Translations under genes and position numbers: made by a program
Part shown: positions 62,601 through 64,000 of the stretch, in pieces
How positions within the stretch are numbered: position 1 is the first letter of the stretch
Layout of the letters: each line of letters starts with the position of its first letter
Assembly: GCF_003704095.1 (NCBI RefSeq)
Contig: NW_020843826.1
Span: forward strand, 1-64,000
Direction: 5' to 3'
DNA length: 64,000 bases
From: Pocillopora damicornis
Taxonomy: Eukaryota
Notes under the pieces: generated by a model
What the model saw: only the letters and a program-made list of their open reading frames with translations
The model's database searches: none
What the model was told of the DNA's origin: nothing

Positions 62601-64000
62601 CATTTCATTATATTGATACAGTTTAATGATGAAGAAACAATGGCGAAAATGGAAATGGCTGGTTCCACTTTAGGCAGAGTTTGATTCAATATCAAAAGCG
62701 CTGAGTCATATGATCTAATAAAATTCAAGCCGAAGGAATCTGAAGAAAACTATCAATGCCGCTTACAGCTCCGTCTCCTACATCACAGTAAAAACTGATG
62801 GCCTGAAAACTGGTTAATTGGTTAGCACCTCCACTTCTGCTTAAAACCCCGACAATCTTCTTTTCACTGGATAATAAGCCTCGGAGTCATAAGCGGAGTC
62901 GGAAAAATGGAATATTTCCAATTCCGACTCTTTCAAACTTATGATTCCCGACCCAATTTTCGATCTTCAAAAATCAGGTTTGAAGCGCTTTTACGACTCC
63001 GCCAGTGGAAACTCAACCTTACAGAATTCGCTTCCACGCTAAAATTCATTGAACCAGGTCTCATGAATCATGCACAGTGCTGAGAAGATGTGTAGCTTAA
63101 AGCGGGAAAGCACAGAAACAAAGTATGTTGCGGTGTCATTTTCAAAAATAGCACGTATACACTCACCATTCACTTAGCAAGTGATGCTCTTGACTAGTTT
63201 TTTCCAAGATTTAGCAGAAGGAATGAGGTTTTATATTACTCCTCCCTTCTACAAATTTGTTTCCATTAGTAGTGAGTTTATGCTGTTATGGACCACAACG
63301 TTGTTAAGCGACAGACTCAACCTTTCAACGCATCATCAATATTAAAAACACACGCCCACCAAACAATTTCCCTTATCCAATATTGCAAATGATTAAAGTG
63401 CCTGAGTAGTACTAATAGTTTAGTAGAAAAACTTGATCGACTGACGTCACACTTTTATGCAGTTAAGACCGGAAACAAATAACATGCGCTTAAAACTAGT
63501 CTAAGCAAGCGATTCAGATTACGAGCTGTCCCTGCCTTTTAGCGAAGTCCGGTGCGCGATCCAAAACAGGTCAATGAAAAGAAATATAAAACTTATTTTA
63601 ACCCGTTACACCCTAACATCAGTATGCATATTATCCATTCTGCTCTCCATACATTTCTCAAGGGGCTGACAAGGAGAATTTGTTGAATGATCATGAGCCT
63701 TTTTAGTTGGTGATAATTTCCCCTATCCTCGTGGCCTTTATGTTTGATCCAGGGCTGACATTGTAACTAGAAATTAAAATCTAGTCACTCTCAGGTATTA
63801 AATTGCAGAAGTATAAGTTATACATTGGGCTTAGTCTGTGGGTTTGACTTTGCTCGGCTGAGTGATTTTTAGGCTTCAATTTGAATTTCAACTAGGTGTA
63901 ACAAACAGCGTTATCGAAAAGTTCAACTTTCGTCCGTCCATGCATACGTACATGCGTACAAAGTGTTTAAAAAAGTTTTACCCTGGAGAGCGTTTTTGAA

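Larger units (their letters stand above)
58775..64000. repeat. Copy 2 of the composite duplicated block
   Basis: See copy 1; also contains two versions of the ~200-bp module at 59636-59845 and 61869-62076. Confidence 0.85.

Overview
AT-rich, intron-containing animal genomic DNA with ten N-gaps. The gene content and repeat families suggest a cnidarian, probably a stony coral (inference). The gene-rich part (1-48 kb) holds, in order: an intronless orphan class-A GPCR that runs into a gap, a degenerate S1-protease exon, a trypsin-like serine protease, GNMT, PRPF39 (13 coding exons), three TMEM179-like tetraspan genes, a Sororin/CDCA5-like gene, and three NXPE-like neurexophilin/PC-esterase genes. 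The part from 49 to 64 kb has no convincing host gene and is a mosaic of old duplicated blocks, MITEs, LINE ends, a Crypton-like remnant and Penelope-like fragments. Best signals not shown by the ORF track: (1) two paralogous box H/ACA snoRNA candidates in the last two PRPF39 introns, with a pocket matching the LSU rRNA site equivalent to yeast Psi2944; (2) a TMEM179 triplet with the same exon architecture; (3) a Sororin-like gene with KEN, YGF and C-terminal motifs; (4) an NXPE cluster whose two youngest copies differ mostly at replacement sites; (5) degenerate minimal hammerhead ribozymes; (6) an NLS-like insertion in GNMT. All exon structures and alignments were read by eye from GT-AG sites and frame continuity, and family assignments rest on recalled motifs; no database searches were run.
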